Positions 1 through 18,169 of a stretch of 64,000 nucleotides of DNA are shown here, piece by piece (the first letter of the stretch is position 1; each line of letters opens with the position of its first letter). Where the stretch lies: the NCBI RefSeq assembly GCF_009914755.1, contig NC_060927.1; one strand, 5' to 3'. The DNA comes from the human T2T-CHM13v2.0 reference genome, Homo sapiens. The notes under the pieces are model-generated. The model saw only the letters and a list, made by a program, of their open reading frames with translations, had not been told where the DNA came from and made no database searches. Both the position numbers and the translations under genes were made by a program.

Positions 1-762
1 GTGAGCGGGACCAGGGTTAGCCAGTCACAGATGCAGAATTCTGAGAGTATAATTTCACGAACAAGTTTTGGAAAGGTGCGATCATCATTAGTGCCAAATG
101 CTACAGAGAGGTGAAAGAGAAGAAAGATTGAGAAAAGGGACTGGAACCCAACAGGTAATAAGGAATGGACCCAGGGTCAGAGGAGGAATGGACCCACGGT
201 CAGAGGAGGGCCTCTCCATCCCTGACCAAAAATGAAACAAGACACACAAACTGGGGAATGAATGAAATTACAAACCCTGCTGGGTACACATCAGAATGTT
301 TTCAGTCTCCATTCAGATGGAAATTTCCTGTGGGTCTGGAAGCGGGAAGCAGTAGGAACTGCTAAAATGAGATGGTGAAATGCACATTCCTAAAGGTATA
401 AAGTGGGCACAGGAACACCTGCCACTTATCTACCTCACAAAGATAAAACACAAATTAGATTCCTATAAAGTGCTTTGAGTTCTCTGCCATTGTAATAGAC
501 CCAATACCTATCTTTCAGCCTTCAGAGAACAGTTCTTAACATTTGCTGAACTCTCCAGCATTCCTGGGAGGTAGATATTATCGTTGGATGAGGAAACAAA
601 GGCCACACAGCAAGTCAAAAGCCAAGGCAAGATTAGAACAGGGCCTGCCTTCTGTGTGGGGAAGTCCAGTTGGCTAGATTCCTTTTGTGTCACTAACAGG
701 TTCTTTGATCTGTAATACAGAAGAGGCTTGTTTCTGGGGAGGCTGTGAAAATAGATACATTA

Positions 763-1235
<473 letters not shown>

Positions 1236-1667
1236 TTAGTCTGGGCAGATCCAGAGGCTGTGGGGAGGGGCCTCACAGAGCGGGCTATGCACCAGCCTTA
1301 GCCTCCTCACTTGGGGCAGACACAGCATGAACATGGCTGGCTTGGACTGAGGCTCTTGGCCTCAAAGACAGAACAGTAATTGGATTACTCACAGGTTGAA
1401 CAGGTGAACAAAAAGGTAGTGCTGTGGATGAGAACACCTCAGGGGGCCCCAGAAACAGTGAAGAGGAAGAGTAATGGTTTTGTGAAAAAGACTTTACTTG
1501 AAATCCCTGGAGAAGCAGTAGCATCATAATCCTTCCTCTTCCTATATTTACTTTTTTCCTAAAAATTCAATTTCTTAATAAAACTAAAAATGCAATCATG
1601 ACACTGTTTGAATATTATAAATTAGATGGAGTGGAGGATAAACAAAGTTGGCACAGGGAAGGCAAGA

Positions 1668-1870
1668 GGCATTTACTGAATGTCTATCATATGCCCTCTC
1701 AATATTTAGAATCCCCTCATGAGATACTGGCAGCCCATTTTACACAGACTAAACAGAGACTTAGAAAGGATAAATCTTTTACCCAAGGCCATGCAGCTAG
1801 TCTATGATGGAGCCAGGATTCCAGCCCTGACATGCCTCATTCCAGAGCTCTTGTTCTTTTCTGTATACTG
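1668..1870 (-). mobile_element. MIR
   Basis: MIR-core-like CCCATTTTACACAG...CCCAAGGCCATGCAGCTAGT; ends approximate. Confidence 0.7.
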
Positions 1871-2569
1871 CACTACCTACATCTCAACAGTCGTGAGTTC
1901 AACATTAATCAGGTCTGAACTAATGAGATTTACTATAATGCCCCGGAGATGACTGTACCCTACAGCTGGAGAATGCATAGGGAGGGGCACTTCCGTTACG
2001 TATACCTGAACTATGTTTGCGATTCACACAAAATAAAGAATTGACCAGGACCAACCCCAGCCTATGAGAGGCAAAGTTACTGCTGCCCGCTTTACCCCAC
2101 CCTAGAGCGCCCTCTGATCCACACTCTCACACTGCCTTCCAGCTTTCCCACGGCGCCAGACCCTTGCTGCTCCTGGGCCCCTTCCCCTTGCTCCCTTCAT
2201 CAGGCGCTCTCCGCTCCTCCAGCCCATCAGTGCCTTGACTCGGGTGGCAAGAGTTGGTAGGTTAACCAGATTCACCAATCCCTGTTAAGTCGCTCACTCA
2301 CATGTTACCCTTCTAGGATATGGGCTTTTTGTGTTTTTGTTTTTTAACTCAGTTAACATGTACTTTACCACCATAAAGGTAAAATGACAATGGTGGACGT
2401 CTCATTCATCCTGGAAGACTGACAGAGGAGACAGCTTCAAGGCAAGCAGGGCTTTGGCCATTTCCCCAGCCCATCAACCAGCCAATCACAAAATCAAAAA
2501 ACTAGGTGAGTCTTATAATTTTCAAAATACTAATTAATATTTATGGTTTAACTATTGAACAGATTTGCT

Positions 2570-2725
2570 TAGTGAGGTAGGTACTATTATGACATCCATT
2601 TTACAGAGAGTACACAGTCACGAAAAGGTCCAATAACCTCCCAAAGGCTCACAGCTCATAAGCAGCAGGAGCAGGATTCAAACGCAGGCAATCAAAACCC
2701 CGAGTCATGCTCTTAACCACTACGC
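2570..2725 (-). mobile_element. MIR
   Basis: GAGGTAGGTACTATTAT..CCATTTTACAGA..GGATTCAAAC..GCTCTTAACCACTACGC. Confidence 0.8.
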
Positions 2726-3904
2726 CACGAGTTCTCAAAGCGTGACCTGCACACCCTTGGAATCCTCAAGACCCTTTCAGGGGTTATTAGGTAAAACCCA
2801 TTTTCCTAATCATACCAAGATGTTATTTGCCTTGTTTATCGTGTTAGTATTTTCACTCATGGTGCAAAAGCAATGGCGGGTAAAACTGCCAGTGCCTGAG
2901 GCTGCATGAAGGCAGTGGCTCCACACTGCACCAAGTCGTACGCTCACTGTTGTGTACTCTTAGTGGAGGAGGGAAAGCCAGCTTCACTTAAAACTGTCCT
3001 TGACAAAGCAGTAAAGATTACTGCTTTTTTTTTTTCCACAAAAATTTTGACCCTGGAATGCAGATCTTTTAAAATATTTGGTGTGACAAAATGGAAAGTA
3101 TGCAGAAAACACTATTGCTGCATCCTGAAGTAAGATGTCTCAGGAAAGGCAACTGTGTGATCATTTGAATTGGGAGCTGAAATGGCCACTTTCTTCCTGG
3201 GTATGTCATTTGTACTTGACAGAACAGACAGACAGTGATGACCATTCAGATCTGGGTAGCTCTCACACATTTTTCTTGAAATGAATAAAGTCCGCCTGTC
3301 ACTGCAAATAAAACAACTCACAGTATTTGTTGCCAATGATAAAATTTGACCTCTTAAGAACTAGAATTTTGGAATACTTTTATTTACTATTATGAGCTTG
3401 CAGCTTCCCAATACTCGTCATGATAGTGATGAATGTAATTTTTTGGTATTGTATGGTGCAACATCAACATCCGGAAGATCTGAATAACCCAGTGACTCAA
3501 TATTTTCCAAATGACTAATGTATAATGCTACAAAACCCTGCATTAGTAAAAAATTTTAATGTAACAGAATATTAACGTTCATATGCTTTCAGATACTACA
3601 TGGCAACTAACCTTTAAGAAACTACTGCTTGTCAAATTTTGTTGTAGTATCAAAGAAGAATATCCATAATTATCTGAAAAGGCTATTAAAATACTCTTTG
3701 CCAATTACATATCTGGATGAACCCAGATTTCCTTCATATTTTTCAACCAAAATAATGTATTGCATCAGATTGAGTGCAGAGGCAGACATGCGAATATATG
3801 TATCTTCTCTTAAGCAAGGCATCAGAGAGATTTGTAAAAACAAAAAGGTAAAACAATGTATCCATTCTCGCTAAGATTTTTAGACTTTAGAAAAAATATT
3901 GTTT

Positions 3905-4900
<996 letters not shown>

Positions 4901-5122
4901 GTTTAGTATTCAGAAAATATAGTTATTTTAAATAAACTGATGTTTACATTAAAATGTAATTTTTTAAAAAAATGAATGAATAAATACTTTAAAACTTCCT
5001 CGGTTTTAACTCCAGATGTGGTAAATATCAAAAGCTCTTTGGATTCCTCAGTAATTTTTAAGAGTATAAAGGGATACAGAGACCAAAATTTGAAAATCAC
5101 TGCTGTACAGAATGGAACCTAG

Positions 5123-5471
<349 letters not shown>

Positions 5472-5612
5472 CTGCATCACTTTCTAGGTGACGGAGGGGA
5501 GCCATGCCTAGTCACTATGAATTTTACAGACTTCTCGGCAAGTAAGTTTCAAGGACCCAATTTCTTATCGGTCTTTAAGGCTTAATGACAATAAATTTTA
5601 AAGATCAGTCTT

Positions 5613-5910
5613 GGCCAGGCGCAGTGGCTCATGCCTGTAATCCCAGCACTTTGGGAGGCCGAGGCGGGCGGATCACGAGGTCAGGAGATTTGAGACCATC
5701 CTGGCTAACATGGTGAAACCCCATCTCTACTAAAATACACACAAAAAAATAATTAGCCGGGCGTCGGGGCGGGTGCCTGTAGTCCCAGCTACTCAGGAGG
5801 CTGAGGCAGGAGAATGGCGTGAATCCGGGAGGCAGAGTTTGCAGTGAGCTGAGATCATGCCACTGCACTCCAGCCTGGGCGACAGAGCGAGACTCCGTCT
5901 CAAAAAAAAA
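5613..5910 (+). mobile_element. AluY
   Basis: Diagnostic GATCACGAGGTCAGGAGAT, CCATCCTGGCTAAC, GAGAATGGCGTGAA; TSD AAAGATCA(G/T)TC. Confidence 0.95.
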
Positions 5911-7394
5911 AAAGATCATTCCGGACTTCTTGTGGTTTCCGGAGCACGTTCAGCTCCTGCCTCTAGTCTTGTGCACTCGTTGTTCTCTCTGGTCCATCTG
6001 GGAAACTCCAACCCTCCTTCAAAACATATAGTGCCAGCCTCTCCTCTCTGCCCCCGGGAACCCTGTATATCCCTTTTCTATACACTAAGCACATGGCTCT
6101 GATGTTTGTTTATGTGGCTTTTTCTCTATTGGGAGTGTGAGGCCTTGAAAGCTAGAATTTTTTCTTAATCCTGGTACCTTCCTCAGTACTTGGCATGCAG
6201 AGCGAAACTCAGAAAAGATCTGTTGGATTAATAAAACCAAGCAACTCCCTAACATGCACCAACCAATCTTTCAGCAGCAATGTGGCTTCTCCAGGGAAGA
6301 CTATGTTGACCAGCTGGGAGAAACAGTACAGGATTTTTAGTATTTCTCAGTATGATAAACAACTGACATTTTGACTCACTAGCAAGTCTTGATATAGTTA
6401 AGACTGGTGTGAAACCTGAAACTGTAAAACTGAGATCCAAATCTGGGACTTCAAAACCCTCTAAGGCAAGCACCCCTTGCCCAGCCCCCAACATACTACA
6501 AGGACCCTCCCTAGGGAGACGGCTGGCCTCCTTCTGCAAGACCCATGTCTCAAGCTCTCTAAAATCAAAACAATGCTTTTAAGCAACCAGGTTGGAAAGA
6601 GAAATTTTTAATAAAATGAAGAGTATATGAAGACAATTATAAAGTCACTGCTGTAGCTTGAACTGCTACATGACCAAGGACTTCATAACTCAATTAGAGA
6701 AAATATTTTTTCCCCAAATTTAATGTAAGCAATGTGTGGGAATAAAGGATGTTGAGTTAGATAATCCCCTGTAGGCCTCACAGATAATACCATGTGTATA
6801 CGTTTTGAAAAATGTTCACATACCTCAGGATGTTACAGCTTCTTTCTGGAATGTTGCTACTGTCCTGTTAATCCCTCCCCCAACCTGCCCACCACAATGT
6901 TCTCTTATCCTGTTGTTCATCACCCCACTTCCCTTCCTTCCACTATACTGCATTCTCCTGCTTCCCCACCCTATTCATCTAGGAACTAGGGGAGGATACA
7001 ATAAAGCTGATAGTCATAAGACATTTCACAGACTAGGCTCTGCCAAAGAACACAATCATCTGATTCCCTTGTCCCTACAAAGTAAGAATCTTGGAAATCA
7101 TCTATTCTCATTCTTATTTTACTAAAGAGGAACCTGAGAAAATGTAAAGTGATTGATAAGCCATATTTTCTCAATCCATTTCCGTATATTTCAGGAAGCT
7201 TGATCCCAAGGAAAAGAGGGTGCTCCACAGTCAAAGGGAGAAGGAAACTGAGGAATGGTTAAGACTGTCAGTACCCACTCATCATCATTTACTGAGCATT
7301 TACTAGATGCTAAGCACCAGAAGTCCTATGTTAGCAAAGGCAGACAAAGAAAGCCCTATGTGTTTAAAATTTAACAGATAATAAATCAGAGCCA

Positions 7395-7700
<306 letters not shown>

Positions 7701-8139
7701 ATAAATTAGAGCCAAAAATAAAGTAAATGCAACAAGCACATTAAAAACAAACAAACAGTAGTTTAGGAAAATGAAAAGTTTAGCAAGTCTCTCTATGAAT
7801 GGAACAGGAAAGACATGAAGAAAAATTAAAAACTGGGTAAGGACTAAATAATTCACTCACCTTGCAATTTAAGGATTTGTTTAGAAAGAGTGTGTACATT
7901 CATTACTGGGAAAGTATTTCTGGTGACCAAAAAAATCCCACAGTAACAACACTGAAGTATTTTTCACAAGAACCCTTAACCCCCTTACTTCGCCACAAGA
8001 GGGTGCACATTTCCTTAGGAATACAGTAACCCAGGGAAACCTGCTCAAGTTCCTCTAGGCAGCTGCTCACCTCTGCTCCGGCACCTCTCTCCCTAGCCAT
8101 GGCAGTAATGAGCATCTGCACATAGTTACATAGGTGAAA

Positions 8140-8330
8140 CGTGTTCACATACTTTATCTCATTCAATTCCAACAACAGCTCTGTGAGGGCGGGTTGGGCA
8201 ACTTATCAACCCCATTTTATAGAAGAGGAAACACACTCAGAGGTGAAGTGACTTGCCCAAGGTCAGAGAGATCATAATGCTAGAGCCCAAATGCAAACTC
8301 ACGTTGTCTAGTTCCCAAATCCTGTATACA
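8140..8330 (-). mobile_element. MIR
   Basis: CCCCATTTTATAGAAGAGGAAAC..GTGACTTGCCCAAGGTCA. Confidence 0.75.
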
Positions 8331-8714
8331 TTTTCCTTACCTCCCTATTAAAGCATAATCAAAAATTCCACAATCGTTCAGCGTCTCTGTTCATCCATTC
8401 TACTTCTTCTGAGCAAAGAATCATACACTGGGCAGATGAGAAACTGCTCACTTTTGCATTGTTAAAAACGAGTGAAAGCTGGTTTTTAACAAGTGTGTGT
8501 TAGCACCTGGCAATTATCTTTATAGGTTTCCAATGAAGTGAGAAGTACGCTGAAACTTGTCTACAGTATTTAAGGCAGCAGTAACGTGGAAAAAAATAAT
8601 TTTAATTTTCCTGCTTACAGCAGGGAAATTAATTGTAAGCTCAACTTTCTTTGGACAGATCTTATGAGACTCAGGCTAAAACCTAACTCCAAAACCCTCC
8701 TCCTGTCAGAAACA

Positions 8715-8930
8715 CTAGAGTATAGAGGTCAAGGATTTTGGAGTTGGATGCCAGGCTGCCTGGGTTCAAATCCAGGTTTTCCCACTTACCATTTGACCTT
8801 GGCCAATTACTCAACTCCGACGTGCCTCAATCTCCCCTCTGCAGAGTGGAGATAAGAGCAGCAGCTCCCTCACACTGTAATAGCGAAGACAGCGTTGTAA
8901 CATGAAAGCACACATAAGTGCTCAAGCTAC
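8715..8930 (+). mobile_element. MIR
   Basis: tRNA-derived head CTGCCTGGGTTCAAATCC..TGACCTTGG. Confidence 0.7.
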
Positions 8931-9063
8931 AAAAGGCAGTCCTTACTCTAAAAGGCAGATGAGATTATTAATGTTACAGACTAAAGAAAATATATTAATT
9001 TTATGTGCATTTTATCAGTGAATTACATTTTATGACAATATCAATGCTTGAAAATACATTTAA

Positions 9064-9375
<312 letters not shown>

Positions 9376-12149
9376 TAATCTATGTGCACAGCAATTATGT
9401 CTATCTTAAAGGATTTACAGCATAAATATAAATAGCTAAGAACAAAGCTCTCATATCTTTGCTTTTATGACAGTGTTTGGCATTATCGATGGTCAGTCTC
9501 ATGCCAAGTCCTTGGTCAAGAAAAAAGAGCTAAATTACAGAGTTCCTCCGGGAGGAGATAATAAGCTTTACACAGCAGAGGGGAAGGCTCCTTACCCCAG
9601 GAACCTGAAGACCCAGGCTGTACTTACAGCTCTGCCACTAAATAGCATCTCCTAATCCCACATCCATAACTCTTAAATATTTCTAAAAATATACCTTTTC
9701 ATTTCCATCACCATGATCTTAATTCATATCCTTAACAGCATGGACTCCTAACTAGCCACAGAAGTGGAGCTCATTAAGTTTGTTGAATGAGTGAATGAAT
9801 GGGGGGTGGGATAGTGACACCAAAGAAGACCACAGAAAACGGGGGAGAAGATTAGTTTATAAACTATATGCATACACTTTGTTATCTCAAGTCCTAGCTC
9901 AGCTCTGATTTCACAGAATGCTGGACCACTCCAGTAAGGCTAACCAGAAGGAATCCACCCTCCCTCTCAGAGTTTTTTCTTAGTGGTAGTGTCACAGGCC
10001 CCAAGGGGTCCCCCAGATCACCGTTTCAGTCCAGTTTGTTGGATCAAATCCATCAGATCCTTAAGGCCAGCAGCTCCTGCACCTGGTTGAAGCTGCCTTG
10101 GCACCTCTAGGTCTAAGGGGGTACTGGGCCAAGGTCACGGGGACTCGGAGGTGGGGGGGCCACTCTTTCACAGGGTCTGAGTGCCTTCCAGCTCCTTCCA
10201 AGGGCCCCAACAAACCCTTCCATTCCAAACACCACACTCCTCCTTTTAAGACTGCCCTCTAAATTCTGATTTAGTTTGAAGGACATCTCTGTTGCCTAAC
10301 TCCTATGGGGTAGAGATAATTCCATGGCCACATCTCAATCCAAGGTGAACACTTTTTACAGCTTTGACCTCAGATTTTGACACTGCCATGGGTTCGGCTC
10401 CCCTTCTTGGGGACATGGCTTCACACACACAATATGTGCACCATCATTCCCTACCCATGCGATGGCAACATCTTGGGGATGACATTTCCTCCACTGGAAT
10501 AGGCCCACTTGCTTACCCAATGTGGCCGTGAATTAAACAATAAGAGAACATCTCTGCATCTTGCTCACAACCTGAAATTCCCAGCAGGGGACACCATGCA
10601 GGTGGGGAATCAGTCATCTGATGGCAGAGTTAATGAGCTCAACACTTAGGGTTTCAAGTTAGGCTTCACGGGCAGTCTCTGCGATGTCGGACTGCACAAT
10701 GTTGGGGACATGCCTGAATTTGGCTTCCACAGATTGTAACAAGAGTTTTCCTTTTGACCCTGATACGCAAAACTGTGCCATCAGTACTGGGTGGCAAATC
10801 TATGCTAGGAAGGGACATGATCTCAGCCATCAAAATTAGAAATGGAACAGCCCTCCCCAAATCTAGGCAGAATAACTTAGTCCTAAATGTCTTAGAAGGG
10901 CTTTTGATACTTGTCTTGGGACTCTAATTTACAAGCTAACAAGTGTCACCATGAAAATGGCTTTTTGTGATGTTTCGCATTAATTTGTATTTCTTTTTAT
11001 ATACTGCTTTGATTGATTCTAAATACATTTTCTCTTTCCATGATGTTTACATCCTTCACATTCCTAGGGACTGTTATCATATCCCCTTTAATCATCCGTT
11101 GGCCAAGCTATACATATTAAATTCCTTTCATCTCTCCTATGTCCTTCCTTCCAGCAGCGTTGGCTCCTCTTTAAATTCCTTCCAATCTGTCAACATCTTT
11201 CTGGAGCTGATGTACACCCTCCCTTAATAAACATTCTAGGTGCTCCTTGTTTCCTAAGAGTTCTCCAAAGACTCCTACTGTGAAAAAATATTGGACTGGG
11301 AGTCAAAAGTGGTAGTTCTAGTCCTGGATCTGCTCCAAGCCTCAGTTTTCCCTTTTATAACATGGGAGTAACACCTTTTTTGGCTTGATCAAAAGAGAGT
11401 ATAAAATATAAAATCACTTTGCAGATTATAAAGTAAATGTGCACAAAGAATGTGTGCATATAGTATTTGCACAATATTAAAAACATAAACAAAAAAATTG
11501 GAAACAAGTATGTCAAATAACTTGTTAAATCTGATAGTGGCATTCGCAGTAACAGTTACATTATTCTATACATTGAGTGCTTTACATTTCAACTTCAAAG
11601 AATTATTTATCCATTTACTACAAGTATTTACTTAACTTCTACTCTACACAAGAAGACAGACTAGACAATGTGGGAGAACATGAAGCAAAGACCTCGAGAA
11701 GTTATGATGGTCATCCCCAGTTCTTAGACACTCAGTACTTGGTTTGGATCACAGAATATCAGGAAGCTGTTCCTGCTGTCTCTTGGATTATGCTTTATAA
11801 CATTGTGGTGATTTCTTATTATTTCTTTAGAGTAGATTCTGAGAAACAGAATTACTAGGTCAAAGGGTGTGACCATATTTAGGCCTCAAATTTCCAAATA
11901 GTTTCCCAGAAAGAGTGTGCCAATTTCTACCCTCACTGCCAATGTTTAACAGTGTATTACCAGGCCATTGCCAACACTGGATATTATCTTTATTCCAAAT
12001 CTAATGAATTGCTTTTAGAATTCATAAATAAAGGCATGAAAAAATCTAAAATAAATTCATTTCTACCAAGATTAAGTATCCTCACTTGCTATCTATTTTG
12101 ATGTCGCCTTGTGGTAAGTATTCAACAGAATCTTTAGTACTTCAAAAGA

Positions 12150-12490
12150 CATTAACTGAGTGCCTATTATTTTCCAGGCAATAAAACTGGGGGTTAAACC
12201 ACAAAGATGAAATAGTCCCAGATCCTGCCTTTAAAGGGCTCATAATCTAGTGTAAAAGATAAACACTAATAATTACAGAACTAATTATAGAGCACTGTGG
12301 GCAGAGCTCCTTCCTTGAGAACATGAAAAGTATAAAAGCAACACAGAAGACGGAGGCAGGAACAGCCTAGGGGAGTCAGGAAGGGCTTCAGGGAGGTGGC
12401 AATATCCGAGCTGGGTTTTGAAGGATGAGCAAGTCTTAACCAGAGAGGGGAGAACGAAAGAGATGAATCCAGGCAGAGGAACCAGTTGTT
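12150..12490 (-). mobile_element. L2 3' fragment
   Basis: ACTGAGTGCCTATTATTTTCCAGGCA..CCTGCCTTTAAAGGGCTCATAATCTAGT..GTCAGGAAGGGCTTC; ends approximate. Confidence 0.7.
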
Positions 12491-13753
12491 GGTCTTTGCA
12501 GCCACTACCATCCTCTCTCAGAAAATGTTTTATTATATGAAGGTTTAGCAATTCAGGGCTAAGCCTCACTGGGCAGTTTTATTGTTTTAATCTCTATCAT
12601 TTACAGTTGCATTTCTGTCCCTGGAGAAAGCAATCAGAAAATATTCCTGGTACTTCATCCAACAAAGGGCACAAGATCACTGCTGCTTCCTTCACAGAGA
12701 ATGCTGTTTTATAAAAACAAGTATTAAACAATAATTTTGCTAAATACAAACTTTAAAACTTAGATTGTCAAGCTTGAAGAGGACCTTTAATCCTTAAAGA
12801 TCCTTAAATACTTTCTCAGGTAAAGTGGGAATATCTATAAGTTAAGATGAATAACTTTCCTTTCCACTCCTACAAAATTAAATCAATTGGAGCTACAAAA
12901 AAAGTCACAAAACCCAGTTTAAAAAATAGCACAAGAAATGATTAATGACATCAGATCAATTTTCAAATAATAAAAATATTCCTAAAAGCTGCCCTTTTAT
13001 ATGTGTTTTCACATATCTTTGGTGGCATATATAAATATCCATGTCTGGGATTTAGCAGCGTTCTGAAAAATATACTCTTGTGGAATAGGGATTACAACGG
13101 TGGACTTAAAACAAAACGAAACGGCCATTGCAACTGTACTAGGTTACAAGCCTCTAACCTGTCCTGGAATTTTCAAAGCCCAAACATCACTGCTGGTCTC
13201 TAATCCTCAGTGTGTTTAAATTGCAGGGCATTTAAACAGAATTGGCAGAAAAACACATACAAAGGGGCCTCTTTATAAACTGTAAAAAGATAGCATTCCA
13301 ATTACTCTGTCAATTATTTTCTTTTAAACTAAGTCCTTCAAATTGTGCCGTATGGCTCAAATGTCTTCCTAAACCCTTCTGTTATCAAAAGGCAAATAGA
13401 TCTTCCCTTGAATCTAAATGACAGCCTGGCTTTCTCCTGGCTCCTCAGGAATCACTACCACCTGCCGGAATGCAGCTGAATTTGGCCAGGAGCAGACACA
13501 CTGATGCTGTCCCGTGATGAGGACAGATTCTCTAGTCAGGGAGCTCTAAGGGAAGGCTATGACCAGGAGTCCAGGTACCCAGACACGCGAAGCTTCTCTT
13601 TCTGTCTAGCCCCACAATGCAACCCAGATCTCGGCGGAGGTTCCAGACCATCTGCCACCGTGCTTAAGACTCAGGTCAGCCTACGTTCAGATATTGAAAA
13701 TTACCATTTATCTCCATCTTTATTAAAAATAAATATACCATCAAATTATGTCC

Positions 13754-14067
13754 TTTTTTTCCCTCCCCCCCACCCCCCCTACCCCCCACCCCGAGACAAG
13801 GTCTCACTCCCATTGCCCAGGCTGCAGTGCAGTGGCACAAATGCAGCTCACTGCAGCCCTGACTTCCCAAGTTCAGGTGATTCTCCCACCTCACCCTCCT
13901 GAGTAGCTGGTACTACAGGCGTACACCACCATACCTGTCTAATTTTTAGTACAGACGGGGTTGTGCCATGTTGGCCAGGCTAGTCTCTAACTCCTGGGCT
14001 CAAGCAATCCACCCGCCTCAGCATCCCAAACTGCTGGGATTAAAGGTGTGAGCCACCATACCCGGCC
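13754..14067 (-). mobile_element. AluJ with G-rich tail
   Basis: Antisense AluJ (CTCCTGGGCTCAAGCAATCC); tail region reads as C-tracts at 13761-13792. Confidence 0.92.
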
Positions 14068-14479
14068 TTTTTATTTCCTTCTCAATTGTTGAAAAGCAAA
14101 GGGGATCTTTACACAAAACCATGTATGTCCACACAATTGGACTGGCATGAAAAATAAATGTTTGTTTGCATATTTAGAAAGATACATATCATACAAGGTG
14201 AAGAATAAAACACTAAACCATTCATTTACCATTTAATCAACAGCACCTACTATGTGCCAAGCACTGTGCTGGGCTGAGGACACTGAAATCAATAACACAC
14301 AGTTTCCCATTCTCAAAACATTCACAGTCTAATACAGACCAGTACTATTTTCTCCTTCATATTAAATGTCTACCTGCTGAGTTTCCAACAGAACTAGCCA
14401 AGAGTATCAGATTTACTCACCTCCCAACCTTAGAAGTATAGTCATTTGAAGTCTTTTTGTTCTGTGTTATGCTAATAAT

Positions 14480-14710
14480 CATAATAGTTAAAACTGATTG
14501 AATACCTACTCTATGTCAAAGGTCAAACTAACCTATTTTCTTAATGTTATCAAGAGTAATCCTTTGAGCTACTCTTATCATTGCTTCTTCACAGGTGAGG
14601 AAACCAAGCTCAGAACCATAGGTGTCTTACTCATAGCCATATACCTAGTAAAGGTTAGAGCCAGGATGTAAGCTTGAGTCTGCCCAAACTGGACTTATGC
14701 TCTTAATTAC
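14480..14710 (-). mobile_element. MIR
   Basis: CAGGTGAGGAAACCAAGCTCAGA..AGAGCCAGGAT..GCTCTTAATTAC. Confidence 0.65.
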
Positions 14711-14765
14711 CAAGCTTTGTGGTCTATACTCACTCAAGGGACTGTCAAGAGTAGCTGCAAGTTGA

Positions 14766-15092
<327 letters not shown>

Positions 15093-16061
15093 GCATATTT
15101 CCTTCTTGAGAAATTGTTCTGTCAAAGGCACAAGGGTAAAATACTCCAATAGCATATAAAAATCCTCTCAGAGATAAGTTCAGCGAGTTATTGATTTTCA
15201 AACCTCTTGCCAGCCTACCGATAATTTTATAAATCCAACAGAACCATATGCAGAATACCTTGCTGCAAGCAGAAGTACAATTTTGAAGCTACTGGTTGTC
15301 AATTTTGATTTTTATTGAACTTCATAAATCTCAAAGCTGACCTTTCAGATTCATTTCTTTCCTATTCAGGATCCATGGGCTAATTTGACCAATAGACACA
15401 AGATAAAAGAATGAATGGGTATCAGTGGTGAGTGGCACCCTGTCCCATGAATAACTGCTATTTGTCATTGTCAAAAACCTGGAATTCGCTCTGAACAGAG
15501 AAAAATTCCAGGTCCCATGGGATTACAGATAAGGAGAACTCAACCCAGAACAAAAAGCCATGGAAAGGGTGACAACAGTAACTGGCCACTGTCATTACAA
15601 AAATTACAACAGTCAGGGCTGGCTTCATGGGTGAGCTCATTTGATGCCCAATGAGTACGGGATTTTGGTAGACCCACCATGAGTGGGAGTTCCACAAGAT
15701 GCAGAGCAAGCACGAGGTAAGCATGTTATATCTATGACTGAGTATGTGTGGGTGCAGCCCAAGAGACCACACTTTCTACTGGAACTAGAATTTGCCTTGA
15801 ATGTAGAAAGGCAATGGCACTCTGAGAAACATGAACAACCCCTCTTACTCATGTTACTTCTTCATGTTAGCCAACCACTTACACTAAAAATGGTGTTGTA
15901 TGTTATAGAAGGAAAAGAAGAGATAATTCATAGTTTCTTTTCCATTAGTTTTCCATAGCTCCATTATTCATTAGTAAGCTGAAGGTGGAGAATATTGGTA
16001 AAATGTGCATATATTAAGAAGTGAAATAATAAATGATAAATTTTTTTAAAAAGTGAAATAA

Positions 16062-16590
<529 letters not shown>

Positions 16591-16736
16591 AAAGTGAAAC
16601 AAAAACAGCTGAGTTAGTTTAATGCAGCATTTCCACAATTTTGGTTAGAACAATGTGTGAAGTACAAAATATGAACTGCATGATTTCAGTGATAACAAGC
16701 TAAATGCTCTCATATTTGCATTTTAAACTGCATTGC

Positions 16737-17097
<361 letters not shown>

Positions 17098-17139
17098 TTA
17101 CTTAGAGTGACTTTAAGTAACAAATAAAACACACCATGA

Positions 17140-17499
<360 letters not shown>

Positions 17500-18169
17500 T
17501 AATTATTTAATGATACTTTTCCTGTTTTTTGAACAAGGGACCCCACATTTTCATTCTGCACTTGGTCCAGCAAATTAAACAGCTGGCTTTAGTTATAGTA
17601 TCAGATAAAATTATTAAATTATGACCAATCCATTGCCTCTTTTGAACCAAACCTCAAATCACGATGTAAAAGACTAGATAATTCAATAACAAAGCAAACA
17701 AAAACTCCTGCTTGGAATTCTGGCTTTGGTGAAATCAACGAATTAACACAACCTCCTTCCACCACACGCAACAATCCAGGGATCATAGAAAATCAAAGGT
17801 AATCCGCACAAAATGTAGGAAAGAGGTTTTTAACACCCAGTCAGTCCTAGCAGTTCTCCCAGTGTCTAAGTCTACACCTAAAGGGTTTCCTGGGAGGGAA
17901 AAACTGCAGATAGTGCAAGTGGCACAATTGATACATTTTTTAGTGCAAATCTCTGTATGACACAAGCAGCCCCAGACTCTGGCAATGACTTACTGCTTAT
18001 GTGCACCTGTCATCTTTGGCACCTGAGAGACGAGAGATAACTTCTAATGTTTGATGGAAATTTTAAGGTTTGAAAAATAAAGCACTTTCCTATACAGTCT
18101 TATTTTATTCCTACCATAGCCAAGTGAGGAACTCAGGAAAAGTATTTTTCAATAAAATTTTTATTGTTA

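Noticed and set aside
2104-2121. Partial CTCF-like GAGCGCCCTCTGATCC
   Set aside because: Lacks the GTGG/CTGG half of the core motif.
2906-3874. ORFs with hAT transposase-like residues
   Set aside because: Frameshifted, stop-riddled Charlie1 remnant; not a domesticated gene.
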